Shown: positions 14,050 to 28,089 of the stretch, piece after piece | Layout: each line of letters opens with the position of its first letter | Position numbering within the stretch: the first letter of the stretch is position 1 | Source: Tubiluchus corallicola | Taxonomy: Eukaryota > Animalia > Priapulida | Direction: 5' to 3' | NCBI GenBank assembly: GCA_030141605.1 | Contig: JAQGDQ010000822.1 | Location: forward strand, 27,575-91,574 | Length of the DNA stretch: 64,000 nt | The notes under the pieces: model-generated | What the model was told of the DNA's origin: nothing | Seen by the model: only the letters and a program-made list of their open reading frames with translations | Databases searched by the model: none | Program-made: the position numbers and the translations under genes

Positions 14050-14578
14050 CACATATCCTTCACAGATAATTTTGTAAACACAGATTAAAACACCAATAAC
14101 TAGTTTTTTAACATTCATGTTAGCAAACCTTAAAGAGAAGCCATACTTTCTTCTCAAGTGACAATGACTATCGTTAGTTAAAATACAACATTAAATGAAC
14201 ATTGTATTATATTAAAGTTGTATTAATTTTCTACAATCAGTCAGAAAGTTTGTAGACATTGCACCACAATAATTCATTAAAACATTGTCACTTTCATTAC
14301 GTCTATAATTAAAAATCTTCCTATAGGGTGCGTTCCAGCAAGCTTTTAAAATCTTTTCTTGCTCAAAAGATAATGAATTTATAGGTATTGCTAAGTATGT
14401 CGCAGACAGAGATAGGTTTATTTTTCTTGTCTTCCCACTTTTGTACGAACTACGAATTGTGATAATTACTGTACCTGTATTATATGTAAAACAATGTGAA
14501 ATAATTCGTTCATTAAACAAATGTTGATTATCTAAATAAATTATTTATCATTATTTAGGAACCAAATACTTAGGGCCT
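14050..14578 (-). mobile_element. Old decayed LINE ORF2 C-terminal remnant (host of the RTE insertion)
   Basis: LKACWNAPYRKIFNYRRNES...YCG...DCRKL resembles post-RT regions of non-LTR elements. Confidence 0.45.
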
Positions 14579-14589
14579 ATGTAATCAGT

Positions 14590-15053
14590 CGATGGGCAGG
14601 ACATGTGATTCGCATGCCAGACAACCGCACACCAAAGAAGATGCTCTATGGAGAACTTGTGTATGGAAAGAGAAAGGTTGGACGACCAAAGAAACGCTTC
14701 AAAGGCAGTCTGAAGGCCTCACTCAAGGAGCTCAGTATGGATATCCGCTCAATGGAAACCATTGCACAAGATCGCTCAGCATGGCGGAGTGCCATCACCA
14801 CAAGGGCTAAGACAGCAGAGGCGAAAAGAATTGAGGAGGCAGAGGAGAAGCGCAGGAGACGCAAGGCATGTGACACTGCCCAACAACAGGTCCAAACACC
14901 CAGCCTCACCTGTGCCAAATGCCAAAGAAGTTTCCAGGCCAGAATTGGCCTAGTCAGTCACCTTCGAGCTCATCAAAGGAATGACAATCCCCCCAAACTG
15001 ACCCTTTATCCCTGTCACTATGGTCGTCTTCGATTCGAAGGACGAACATCATC
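14590..15053 (+). mobile_element. 5'-truncated RTE-clade LINE with target-site duplication
   Basis: RWAGHVIRMPDNRTPKKMLYGEL..GKRKVGRPKKRF, QDRSAWR, C2H2 CAKC...SHLRAH; (CAT)n tail; TSD ATGTAATCAGT at 14579-14589 and 15054-15064. Confidence 0.9.
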
Positions 15054-16246
15054 ATGTAATCAGTGTTAAATATTCTACTTGCACGTAATTTTTCGATTAC
15101 CTTGGAAAATATAACCCAATATTTCTTTAATTGAGGAATTTATCAGCTTATATTACTGTAATATTATGAGTATGAGATACTGTACATAGGTCGCCATTAT
15201 AGCATAAAAGTTAGACAACATTTATAAAGTATTAACTATCTAGATATATCTTCGTAATTATTTGGAAGGAATGAAGGATATAACTGAATTGTCATGGTGT
15301 GCGCTTGGATGCGAAGTTAAGCAATTTTGGGCCTGATTAGCTTATACAAGGGTGACCACCGAGACAGCTACTGTGTGGACCGTTTATGAATCGCATAGTT
15401 ACTTTCCTGTTGAAAATGTTATTGTATTAGGACACGGCTAAGACATCTCTGCCTGTTTGTTGTCTTTCCTCGGATTACACTTAAAATTGACCTAAGTTTC
15501 GGTCCTGCTGCAGCGGTTTACATATGTAGACTCTGCTATTAAGGTACTGGGCTTCGGTTTGCAGTGTTATGAGTTGTAATAAAACTGGACACATATTTCG
15601 TTTGAATGTGGAAACGGAAACAGCAATGCAGTAATCCGTTTTATCCATAAAACTCAAGCACGCATTGTTATAAAATATCAGAACTTGGCATGACACTTGA
15701 TAAGACCATTAGGCATTTTATCCTTGATTTATATTTAGATTTCTTGCTTATCTTTTGTACTTTAAACTCTTTCGATCAAGTTCGGTTTCGAAATGCGTGT
15801 AGATTCAATCATTAATTCGCATTACATTTTGATATTAATTTTTTAGGTAAATACATAAAACAACATACATAAATAATTCCGGCATTATTATTGGTAAGTT
15901 TGATACGTATATAACGCGCGGCTGCATATGTTACACGGCTACTATAATTATATTTATATATTTATTCATTTCATTTGTTCTATATTTCTGCTATCTCTCT
16001 ATATCTGCGATATGTCTTAAAATATTCAAATTTTATTTACGTATAGAACATTCCATAAAAATAGATTGACACTTTCTTGTATATATTTGTTTTTTTTAAA
16101 TAAAGAATTGTAAAAAAATAATAATAATATTGATAATGATGATGATGGTGATGATGATGATGATGATGATGATGATAATGATGATGATGATAATGATGAC
16201 GATGATGATGAAGAAGAAGAAGATGATGATGATGATGCTGATGATG

Positions 16247-16280
<34 letters not shown>

Positions 16281-16333
16281 TAATAATAATAATTGCACAG
16301 CTCTCGTCTTATTAACACTAGTTATTGCTTTAA

Positions 16334-16994
16334 AGGACAAGAAAAGGGGTACCTGAAGTAGGTTTCAGAAAAATCGCCTTAAAAAATTATACTACTTTAC
16401 AGCAATTTTATGCACATATCGTATTCGCGTTGAAAAGAATTTTCGTTTGTTTTCATTTTAAATCTCCCGCAATACTGTTCCGACGGCGCCATTACGTGAC
16501 GTCATAACGCAAACGTAAATCATCAGGAGAAAAAAAGGCAATGTTAAATTATGTCCCAAAATACTTTCCGTGCAAATCTATATTACTTAGCATTTCACTT
16601 ACCATGTAACTAGACTAATAATTTAAAATGTTTGGGCCAATTGGTAAAATGTCGTTGACTCACTATCCAGGGTGCGCCACTCACTAACCAAAAACGTATT
16701 TTTAATCTTATTGACAAGATACAGTAATTTAAAATTTTACTTAATTAGCAACATGTGCGCTACGAATGCTCTGATTATTTTTTCAAACTTTATTTAATGT
16801 TATCAAAACTTGTTTCAAACGACCTACCATAAAAATGGCTGCGCCTAACGGTCATCGCGGGAGTTTAAATTTACATGTTTTATACAGCGTTACGGCTGAT
16901 GCAAGCCATGTATACGAAAGGGTAGTATGTAAGTGGTATAAAATTTCAGGACGGATTTTTTAAGCTTTACGTAAGTGGAGGGTTTTCTTGTGTT
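16334..16994 (+). mobile_element. Family A Kolobok-like MITE
   Basis: TTAA|AGGACAAGAAA...TTTCTTGTGTT|TTAA; mirror of 62757-63427. Confidence 0.82.
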
Positions 16995-17492
16995 TTAAAT
17001 AATACTAAGAACATGTTGGTAAAGTTTCAGCAATTATCGCACAGTGCAGAGATATACGCAGTCATACAGCAACTAAATTGAAAAACAAGACTTTTCAGCA
17101 GAGCTCTTCAGTGTCTACTTCTGCAATTATAGCAAAACATTACGTAAAAGCACAAAACTAAAATTGTTGCTGAAAGCAGCCATGTTTGTTAGTGAATAAA
17201 ACTAGCCCTTGATTCAGTAGTTAAAACAGAGACAAGTTAGTAGCATGTTCTTTTTGTCTACATAAAATTGGATCTTTAAAATTTATGATTATTGCTTCCA
17301 AAATTTGAGATGAAAATCTGATCTGCACTTGTATATAATTTTGAAATTTGAATCATTGTAATTAACTGCACATGACTGATTGTTGTGAAGATGCTGTGCT
17401 TCGGGGCAGATGTAGCTTCGTCTTGTGTCATAACTGAATTGTGTTATTATTACTGTGGCTGTGCAATTGGTTATTATTATTATTATTATTAA

Positions 17493-17586
<94 letters not shown>

Positions 17587-17778
17587 TTAATATTTTTCAG
17601 TTTATAAAACTGTATAGACATAAACTGATTATAACACAACATTGTTCATCAGTTTTGAAATAAATTTCTGTTCGAACGTTTAGATGGTCACCAAAATCAG
17701 AAGTCAGAAGCTATTTTACACATTACGAAGAGCTAACAGGTGATCTAATTTACAAGTATATTGATGTTCTCTCTTGTA

Positions 17779-17935
17779 GCCAGTTATAACCATCTTGCCA
17801 GTTTTAACTATCTTCCCAGTTATAACCATCTAGTCAGTTTTAACCATCTTGTCAGTTTTAACCATCTTGTCAGTTTTAACCATCTTGCCAGTTTTAACCA
17901 TCTTGTCAGTTTTAACCATCTTGCTACTTTTAAGT
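17779..17935. repeat. 18-bp tandem repeat, left arm only
   Basis: (CAGTTTTAACCATCTTG(T/C)) about 8 copies. Confidence 0.9.
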
Positions 17936-18189
17936 TTATCACTTCTTGTGCAAGTTGATTAACGTCGCTTTGCTTAGAAAGTTCAAGTATCCTTGTTGAG
18001 ACCCTTTGATCCTGCTGGCGACATGGCAATTTTGTACGAAGGCAGAGGAAAGAGTTAACTTTGACAAAAGCAAAGCGAAAGTCAGTCATCGCTTTTTGAA
18101 CTTTTTTTAAAAATTTGCCTTCGAAAACCAGTGCCCTGATTTTATAACGATTTTGCAATTTAAACAGTTGTGTACGTAGTGTCTAGGGC

Positions 18190-18669
18190 CAGGGCCTATT
18201 TCATGGGGGGGGGGGGAGTGGGGATACTTCCCCTGGGCCTCACCCTCCTGGGGGGCCTCGCACCGAGGTAACATTTTTTGCTTTATGTGAACATACTGCC
18301 TCCGCTCTCCCCCTCTCTCTCTCTCTCTCTCTCTCCCCCCTCTCTCTCTCTCTCTCCCCCTCTCTCTCTCTTGCCGCACGCGCGCCGTTTGCCTTGAGCG
18401 GCTCGGTGCCGATGTTCAGCTGTTTTCAATTTCGGAATTTCTAACACCGAACGATTACCCGATTGCAAGATTGCTATTTGACAAGTATTAAGAACTGGTC
18501 TTGAGAATAAATCAGTTTTTCTTTCAATTGTTCTTTCCTTTAACAACTGTATAACTCCATATTTTCTCTTTGAAAATGCTTCTCCGGCGTTCTAGCAGTT
18601 CAAAAATTTAGTCAATTCAATTCACACGCCCCACTTCCCCGGGCCTCGCTTAGGCTGAAATAGGACCTG
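18190..18669. mobile_element. hAT-type MITE with 8-bp TSD
   Basis: TSD TCTAGGGC at 18182-18189 and 18670-18677; TIR CAGGGCCTATTTCA / TGAAATAGGACCTG. Confidence 0.88.
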
Positions 18670-18987
18670 TCTAGGGCTCTTATTTACTGGTAAATGGAAC
18701 GTTCTACATACATTTCCCCAGTTGAGTGGAACCAGACTGTGTGTTTTTTCATGACCCGTGGAGTCACTTATTTCAAAAAACAGTAAACGATCCAACGAAA
18801 ATTTCATCCTGGATTTAAAGATGAAAATTCTCAACGTGTACCCAACTAATTTGGTCTTGTTGGTGTTTAACAGAAACAGCAGTAGTTCCTAAATTTGAGA
18901 TCAAACCCTCAATGAAAAAATTTACTGAATTTACAGCAAGGATAATACCTTCCCGAGGGCCAACAAAGTTTTTTTCTAATTTTTTTC

Positions 18988-19141
18988 TGGATGACGTCAG
19001 AACAATGGCTTTGCGTCAACAGTTTTCTAAGCGAAAATTGTCAAAAATAGAACATCTAATTAACTCATCGGTACTCCTCAGGAAGGAAGCGTCCTAAAAT
19101 ATAGCCCACATCATCGTGTACCCCTGTTCTTCCTCTTTCTA
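18988..19141 (+). repeat. Dispersed ~150-bp repeat
   Basis: GGATGACGTCAGAACAATGGC...CCTGTTCTTCCTCTTTCTA also at ~29965-30116 and mirrored at ~47498-47650 and ~59548-59702. Confidence 0.75.
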
Positions 19142-19204
19142 AAGAGCTATATATCTCCTTCCGAGAGTTACACTAAGCGCCGCTAGAACGTTTTTTCTAT
19201 GTAC

Positions 19205-20082
<878 letters not shown>

Positions 20083-20718
20083 TAGGCTGTTTGGTCAAAA
20101 TTGTTCCTCCACGATCGGAAAGCCAAGCATTTTCCCTACTCATACTGAATCACTTAACCACTTTTGACGTAAATTCGCGAATTATTTATACCAAATTTAG
20201 TATTTCAATTAAAAAGAGCTGCTACTCATTCAGTGTGCGTCTAGTATTCTTAAAATCTATAGCGTTTTGTGTGTTGACACCGGAATTGCATTTGACACAA
20301 TAGGAAGAACTTCCCGGATTTCAATCTACTGTTGGAGTCAGCGTGGGAAGCTGAACAGCTGGCTAAATACTAGCATCCCTCTATGTGGAATAATCCTCAT
20401 CCCCGCCACTCACCGATGTCTTATACTGTTGGACAAGCTGCGGTAAATCAAAGATTCCAATTGAGGGCTTCAGGAAGAATTATTGCGTCTTGAAAGCTGT
20501 GGCGTATCCATGCACGGGTAGTTGAAAACATTCAGGACTTTCGCAAAAACAAAGCATCAGATGCTCATCTAAGTGAATCATCGCCGCTGCTTGGACAGCA
20601 GTTTGAAAATAACCAAGAATGACGTCAAAATTCTAGAACATTCGTTTCAAACAACCGCCCATACATTAGTGGTGTCTATTATTCATAAAGTGATATGATC
20701 AGTGGAGGTATGATCATC

Positions 20719-20853
20719 AGTTTAGCGTGGGCGGTGTTACACATTGTGTTAGTAACTGTGTTAAGTTTAGCGTGGGCGGTGTTACACATTGTGTTAGTAA
20801 CTGTGTTAAGTTTAGCGTGGGCGTTGTTACACATTGTGTTAGTAACTGTGTTA
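20719..20853. repeat. 45-bp minisatellite, 3 copies
   Basis: AGTTTAGCGTGGGCG(G/T)TGTTACACATTGTGTTAGTAACTGTGTTA; 7 copies in the mirror position. Confidence 0.93.
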
Positions 20854-20929
20854 GTAGTTACATGCTCGCTAAAAACAGATATAAAACGTTAGTCCTATTT
20901 ATTTATTTGTTTGTTAACTAATTAATTAA

Positions 20930-21382
20930 TTTATTCATTCATTCATTCGTTCGTTCATTCGTTCATTTGTTCATTCGTTTATTCATTCATTCTCATTCAT
21001 TCCATTCGATTCATTCATTTATTTATTCATTCATTCACCCATCCATCCATTCATTCATTGATTCATTCATTCATTCATTCATTCATTCATTCATTCATTC
21101 ATTCATTCATTCATTCATTCATTCATAAATTCATTCATTCATTTATTCATTCATTCATTCATTCGTCCATCCATCCATTCATTCGTTCATTCATTCATAC
21201 ATTCGTTCATTCATTTATCCATCCATTCATTCATTTACTCATCCATTCATTCATTCGTTCGTTCGTTCGTTCGTTCGTTCTTTCGTTCGCTCCTTCGTTC
21301 ATTCATTCATTCATTCATTCATCCATCCATCCATCCATCCATCCATCCATCCATTCATTCATTCATTCATTCATTCATTCAT
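20930..21382. repeat. Compound (TTCA)/(TCCA)/(TTCG) microsatellite
   Basis: Directly visible; mirror ~57217-57725. Confidence 0.95.
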
Positions 21383-21726
21383 TTGGTTAATTGCTTTCAC
21401 GTAATTAACAGTGCAGTCTCTAGTAAACGAACAATTTAACAGTTGAAAACTCTAGCGGCTGAAAATGCGACCTGCAATAGTAAGGTCCTGGGTTCGAATA
21501 CCGGTTAGTTACCATTACCTTAATTGTTCATTATACACAAGAATCTTTGGAAAATGATTCTTGACTCCTTTGGCAAATGATTTCATTGATGATGATATAA
21601 TAATAAAACACTGATGAAGATTAGACACGCGGGGGTGGTGGCAGTGGCGGTGATGACGTCATTGACGTCAAGCATATTGGTCTATCGCTCCTCCTCCGCT
21701 GTGACGTAGGCACGATGAGCGGTATA

Positions 21727-21930
21727 GCGGTATTCGGGACATCAGCTCACGCTGAGCGGTATTCGGGACATCAGCTCACGCTGAGCGGTATTCGGGACAT
21801 CAGCTCACGCTGAGCGGTATTCGGGACATCAGCTCACGCTGAGCGATATTCGGGACATTCAGCTCACGCTGAGCGGTATTCGGGACATCAGCTCACGCTG
21901 AGCGATATTCGGGACATTCAGCTCACGCTG
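21727..21930. repeat. 29/30-bp minisatellite, ~7 copies
   Basis: GCGGTATTCGGGACATCAGCTCACGCTGA with internal TCAGC-TCAC-GCTGA hairpin. Confidence 0.93.
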
Positions 21931-23529
21931 GACAACAACTGTCATTAGTAAATAACATGCCAATTAATGTCTAATCAGCAAATAAACTGATTGCACTTTT
22001 TCATAAACACAAATATGCAGAGCAGCAGCTATTTCAACACGAAATTAACACTTCAAGTAGCTAAAAAATGACTTTTCTATTTAAACAGAATGTAGAGACG
22101 AAATTTCACAGCACTACAAAATACAGAAAGTATAATAAAGAAACTAAGCCACTTAGCCTTGCTTTAAAATAAATGAGCAACAAAAATATTAAGTTTCTCT
22201 TGCCTTTTAAACATACGAACATCAAGCCTGCGATTATTTTTTCTATATTAATTAATCATGTGCTCGACTGCAAGATTTATTAAGTCTTTGTATTTTTCCG
22301 TTTGTTAAGTTAAGAAAATGGAATAAAGATGACTGTTTCCTTCCATAGGCGCCCTTATATTGAATGCCCGAATTACATAAGTCCCAATTGCATCTTTTAA
22401 CCTTGATTATAATCAGAAAAATAACGTAAAATTAATTAATATTACATTGATGTATATTATAAGTTTTGACCACTTTTGTAAATTAATTTGGATCGTGAAA
22501 GTCTCATTGATACCCAGCTGCATCTAAATAGCCCGAAAGCGTTAAGTAAGCTCTGTAGGGGTGTGAAAAATCTTGCACGCTGATTGGGCTGTCAACGAGA
22601 ATGATTGACGTTATGCTTGACGTCATCTCTGGGTTGTGGTAGTGACAATGACAATGGGTAGTGAACGGTGGTGGATAATGATGATGACGATGACGACTGA
22701 TGATAATGACAATGTGACAGAGGTGATAATGAAGGTCACGATCATAATAATGATGACGATGACGACGATGATGGCGATAACGTTGATTACGGTGGATAAT
22801 GATGATAATGATGACAACTGTTATCTGAAATAATTGTATTTACTTGGAAAATTTCTACGTAATTTTAACACTACAAGAGAGGGTAGGTACAAGAGAGGGT
22901 TTGGTCGCTCCGGCGTCCCATCTGAACCGGATAGTTAAACCTTTGATCACTTGGGTAGCTTTGTCCTGTTTGGCTTCATCTGGTGAAACCAATTTCCTAT
23001 CTCCTGTAACAAGTTGGCTTTTCTGCCAGCATAGGTCACTTATTCGATTCGCGTTTGTAATTGAGTGTCGGATTTGAGTAAGCCAATCAGATTCTGAGTA
23101 GGAATGGGCCCGATCAGTGACTCTGGTTATGAAAGAAGCTTAATGCTCTTTACATAAAAGCACGACGCGTGTTGAGAATCGATCATATTTATATTAGTTC
23201 TGAAGCTTTTGATCCCCAGCATGAAGAGGCTGAGGAGGCTGAGGAGGCTTTGCCCGGAAACAAAAAACATTAAAAACAAATTAGCATTTTTCCGCATCCA
23301 GAGTATTTGAATCGCAGTTCTATTTTCTCCAAAATCACATCGTGTTTTCTGGTTAACATTAGCTGCACAGTATGAAAGTGATCTTAGTGATAAAAGTGAT
23401 CTTAGTGATAAAAGTGATCTTCGTGATAAAAGTGATCTCAGTTTACTTTTTGGGTTTTCTCTTACACTTGTTGCAAATGGGCCTTTTATTGAAACACATC
23501 GCAACACAAGTTTTACATCTACTGTCTAA

Positions 23530-24319
23530 CGGCGCGTTCACACTACTGTCTAACGGCTTGTTCACACTACTGTCTAACGGCGTGTTCACACTACTGTCTA
23601 ACGGCACGTTCACACTACTGTCTAACGGCGTGTTCACACTACTGTCTAACGGCACGTTCACACTACTGTCTAACGGCACGTTCACACTATCACGAGATTT
23701 CTGTCGCAAGTTTTCTCTTTGACAGCAAACTCGCAGTGCGAACAGCTTTGTGAGTTACTGTCGGCAAGTTATTGCAAACTCTCCAACAGTTGCTGTGAGT
23801 TGATTTCCTGCGAGTTACTGTCTAGTGTGAACGAACGCCCGGGCGAGTTACTCTCGACATTTCTCACAGTGAATAGGGAAGTGAGTGCCAGCTCGCGCTT
23901 ACTCTCAGAGAGTAACTCGCAGCAAGTTTTGCTCTCTAGTCTGAACACGGTCATGAGTTACTGTCTTGTGTGAACACGTCACGAGTTACTGTCTAGTGTA
24001 AACGCCTGGGCTAGTTACTCTCGACATTTCTCACAGTGAATAGGGAAGTAAGTGCCAGTTCACGCTTACTCTCAGAGAGTAAGTTGCTGCAAGTTTTGCT
24101 CTCTTGTCTGAACACGGTCACGAGTTACTGTCTAGTCTGAACACGGTCACGAGTTACTGTCTAGTGTGAACACACTCACGAGTTACTGTCTAATGTGAAC
24201 ACACTTGCGAGTTACTGTCTAGTGTGAACACGCTCACGAGTTACTGTCTAATGTGAACACGCTCGCGAGTTACTTGGCGATATACTTCGCGAAAAAAACT
24301 CGTTAGTCTACACGCGCCA
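23530..24319. mobile_element. PIF/Harbinger-like MITE with tandemly amplified left terminus
   Basis: TAA|CGGCGCGTTCACACTA ... TAGTCTACACGCGCCA|TAA; 24-bp unit CTGTCTAACGGCGTGTTCACACTA x7; internal CGAGTTACTGTCTAGTGTGAACAC repeats. Confidence 0.65.
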
Positions 24320-24779
24320 TAATAGGGGAGCCACGAATAACTTGAGAGATCCAATCAGAGACACGTCTAAGACATGATTCACACTGATTTGTAGTCTGGG
24401 GATTAAACATTCTGCTGTTTATTACACTGACAACGGTCTATTGCCTCTCCAATCGGCTGGAAAATTCAATTTACGGCAACGACATTATCTCTACACACCA
24501 GCCGCTTTGTAATGAGATGTAAACGGCTTTTTAATACAAACGACTGTCAGAATTGACTTCAAGGGGCTTTTGAAGTCAAGTCAATTGTAAGAAACAATAT
24601 TTATTGCCATGTTTCGAACAGTAGCTTAGCACTAACATTAAGTAAACGTTCGTTAATTAGTCAAGAGTTAATTAAATCAGTCAATGTCTGCAAAACTATG
24701 ACAAAATTACGTTTATAGTTTTATACGTTATTACGCTAAACTATGACCTTTTCTCTAAAGGCTGTAAAGATAATAACGG

Positions 24780-25810
24780 TCATCCAATATTGCCGAATTG
24801 TAACTGTGGATTTCGATTTGAATCTGTTGAACACTTTTTGTTGCACTGCCCATTGTATCAACTAGCTAGGGTTGTTATGTTTGATAAATTAAACGAAATA
24901 CTTCTGCCCGAAAACCTTAATATAGCTGCCTTAGGAAATAATGATCTGTTGAAGTTGTTATTATTCGGAAAAGATGAATTTAACTATGTTGCTAACTGTA
25001 AAATATTCCAATGTATACATGACTTTATATTACGTACTAAACGCTTCCATTAGTTTCTATCTGATATGAAGTGCATCAGTCTTAAATATTCGTACATTAA
25101 TATTTTCTAAAAGTCATTTTCTACTAATGTATAATGTAATCCTGCAGCAAAACTTGTCAGCTTGTGTAGTTATAGTCTATTCTTACTGTAAATGTTACTA
25201 ATATCTAATGTAATCTTGTAGTAAAACTTGTCAGCTTGTGTAGTTTTAGTCTATTCTTACTGCAAATGTTACTAATGTCTAATGTAATCTTGTAGTAAAA
25301 CTTGTCAGCTTGTGTAGTTATAGTCTATTCTTACTGTAAATGTTACTAATGTCTAATGTAATCTTGTAGTAAAACTTGTCAGCTTGTGTAGTTATAGTCT
25401 ATTCTTACTGTAAATGTTACAAATGTCTAATGTATTCTTGTAGTAAAACTTGTCAGCTTGTGTAGTTATAGTCTATTCTTACTGTAAATGTTACAAATGT
25501 CTAATGTAATCTTGTAGTAAAACTTGTCAGCTCGTGTAGTTATAGTCTATTCTTACTGTAAATGTTACAAATGTCTAATGTAATCTTGTAGTAAAACTTG
25601 TCAGCTTGTGTAGTTATAGTCTATTCTTACTGTAAATGTTACTAATGTCTAATGTACTCTTGTAGTAAAACTTGTCAGCTTGTGTAGTTGTAGTCTATTC
25701 TTACTGTAAATGTTCTTGTAAATAGTCTATAAAGTCTGTTGTGGTGAGGATCCTAAATCATGTTGTTCAAACTGTCTGATCCAATCCTAAATAAATTATG
25801 TTTAAACTAA
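24780..25810 (+). mobile_element. LINE 3' end (family C): CCHC knuckle ORF plus 74-bp tandem array (8 copies) in the 3'UTR
   Basis: CNCGFRFESVEHFLLHCPLY; array 25124-25716; tail AATAAATTATGTTTAAACTAA. Confidence 0.85.
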
Positions 25811-26342
25811 ATTACGTTAAAATTACTTTTTAAAAGTTAATTAAATCAAACATAATGATAATATAAACTTTATATCGCTGGTAAATGAATTAATTAATCA
25901 AGTGAATTTAAATTGGTCATGCAAAGATATGGTAATATATTATAATATTTTTAATAAGCTTATAATACTAGTACTACTACAATCATTTTCGTTGACTGCC
26001 CAATCAGCGTGGAAGTTATTTCACACACCCCTGCAGCAGGTACGTTCGGGACATTTAGCTACAGCTCCTTTGTAACACTGTCATGAAAAATGCTCAACTT
26101 TTCATTAGTTAGCGGGAGAAATATTAGCCTGGTTCTAGATTTTATTATTGTCAATTGAAATTGCAAGTGAATTGGTGGAAATATATAGTCTAGTTTCGTT
26201 TGTAGGAAGAAATGCACAACGCTTACGTCTATAAGTTGCTGATTAAACCATTTTGCAATCAAGAAAATATGCAGTTTAGTTAAGTTTATGGCTTTACAAG
26301 TTAGATAAAAACAACTATTTGATTAACTTTATTTATTTATTG

Positions 26343-26590
26343 TTTATTGTTTACACAACTTCGCGGGATGCATTCTTTTCATACCTTTTCTGAATTCTTT
26401 CAAACGAAAAGCGTAAATAAATACATTTGTAACGCTGTTAATTTCTCCCAGTAACAGAAAACCTACCAACTGTTTCATGTCCGTGTTTCATGTTGCTTAG
26501 TCCGGTATGATACAAAAGACGTTTGATAAAAAACGGATACCATAGCAAGAAGTAAAGACCAACGTTCATAGCAACAGTCACAGCCAGTTG
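26343..26590 (-). pseudogene. 3' fragment (TM6-TM7-C tail) of the GPCR family, frameshifted
   Basis: Matches 28090-28330 with small indels; 5' part absent. Confidence 0.88.
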
Positions 26591-26594
26591 TGTT

Positions 26595-27715
26595 TGTGAA
26601 AACCAATGTAAAAATTGGTCCTTGAAATGCGATAACCACAGAGGTTATGCTAGGTACGAGCATATGTCTTAGGTTCTACTGAAGCATATCGCTAAGTAGC
26701 CGCCGACCAGCTAAGTGGCACCTGGCAATTGTTAGTATATGTAGTTTGTACTAGAGAGAAAAGAAATATATAAGAAATGTGAAAAAGGAAAAGTAAGGCA
26801 GGTCAGTAAGAACAGGATAGCATTAAAAAACAGTTTGGATAAAGACGGTCATGGGAATAGGTTTTCATATTATATTTTAGTTTTTTGAGAGGTGATTATG
26901 TTTTAATTTTTGTAGGATTATAATTAATAATTATAAAATACTTTGTGTTAATTTTTAATTTTTAATTTTAATAACTATTTTATATTTATACATTATTAAT
27001 AAGATCATCAGGATTATTAATACTCATACGTTATTAGTAAAATAAAAATTTTTCATAAGTTATTAGTGAAAATAATTTTTTGATTTTTGATATTTTGAAA
27101 GCGTAAAGAGAGAAGAAAGTAGAGTTGGTTGCAGGTTATAGTATGTTAGTGAGCAGAATAAAGTAGTCAGCAAACCTTAGATGACAGGGATGTGCACCAA
27201 AAATATTTGTTTATGAAAACCAATATAAAATTGGTCCTTGAAATGCGATAACCACAGAGGCTATGCTAGATGCGAGCTCATGTCTTTAGGTTGAACTGAA
27301 GTATATCGCTAAGCAGCGGCCGACCAGCAAGTGGCACCTGGCAATTGTTAGTAAAGTAGTTTGTACTAGAGAGAAAAGAAATATATAATAAATGTGAAAA
27401 AGGAAAAGTTAAGGTAGGTCAGTAAGAACAGGATAGTGATAAAAAACAGTTTGGATAAAGATGGTCATGGGAGTAGGTTTTACATATTATATTTTTGAGT
27501 TTTTTGAGAGGTGATTATGTTTTAATTTTTGCAGGATTGTAATTAATAATTATAGAATAGTTTGTGTTAGTGTAGAGAAAAAGAAATTTTATTTTTTATA
27601 TATACATATAGTTATAATATTTTTCAAGGGATATGTTATGAAGGAAGTAAGGATAACAAAAAGACAAACACAGTTACAGGTTTTTGAGGAGTCATCAGGA
27701 GGAACTTGAAAGTCC
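26595..27715. repeat. Unclassified strand-skewed repeat, two diverged tandem copies
   Basis: AAATTGGTCCTTGAAATGCGATAACCACAGAGG...GAGAGGTGATTATG at ~26605-26950 and ~27220-27570; single copy in the mirror region 50420-50920. Confidence 0.75.
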
Positions 27716-28089
27716 AACGTAATGTCAATCATTTTCGTTGACTGCCCAATGAGCGTGCAAGTTGTTTCACACACCCCTGCAGCACATACGTTCGGGACGT
27801 TTAGCTACAGCTCCGTTGCAACACTGTCATGAAAAATGCTCAACTTTTCATTAGTTAGCGGGAGAAATATTGACTTGGTTCTAGATTTTATTATTGTCAA
27901 TTGAAATTGCAAGTGAATTGGTGGAAATATATAGTCTAGTTTCGTTTGTAGGAAGAAATGCACAATGCTTACGTCTATAAGTTGCTGATTAAACCATTTT
28001 GTAATCAAGAAAATATGCAGTTTAGTTAAGTTTATGGCTTTACAAGTTAGATAAAAACAACTATTTGATTAACTTTATTTATTTATTGT

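Noticed and set aside
21450-21510. tRNA gene (GGTTCGAATACC)
   Set aside because: Only a B-box/T-arm-like piece with no full cloverleaf; probably a SINE remnant.
26059-26262. Recurrent 67-aa ORF (MIAKWFNQQ...) after the GPCR copies
   Set aside because: Non-ATG start in duplicated 3' flank, and frameshifted in the inner copies.
26595-27715. Mitochondrial insertion (numt)
   Set aside because: Strand-skewed and AT-rich, but I could not recognise any mitochondrial protein, rRNA or tRNA motif; a BLAST would settle it.
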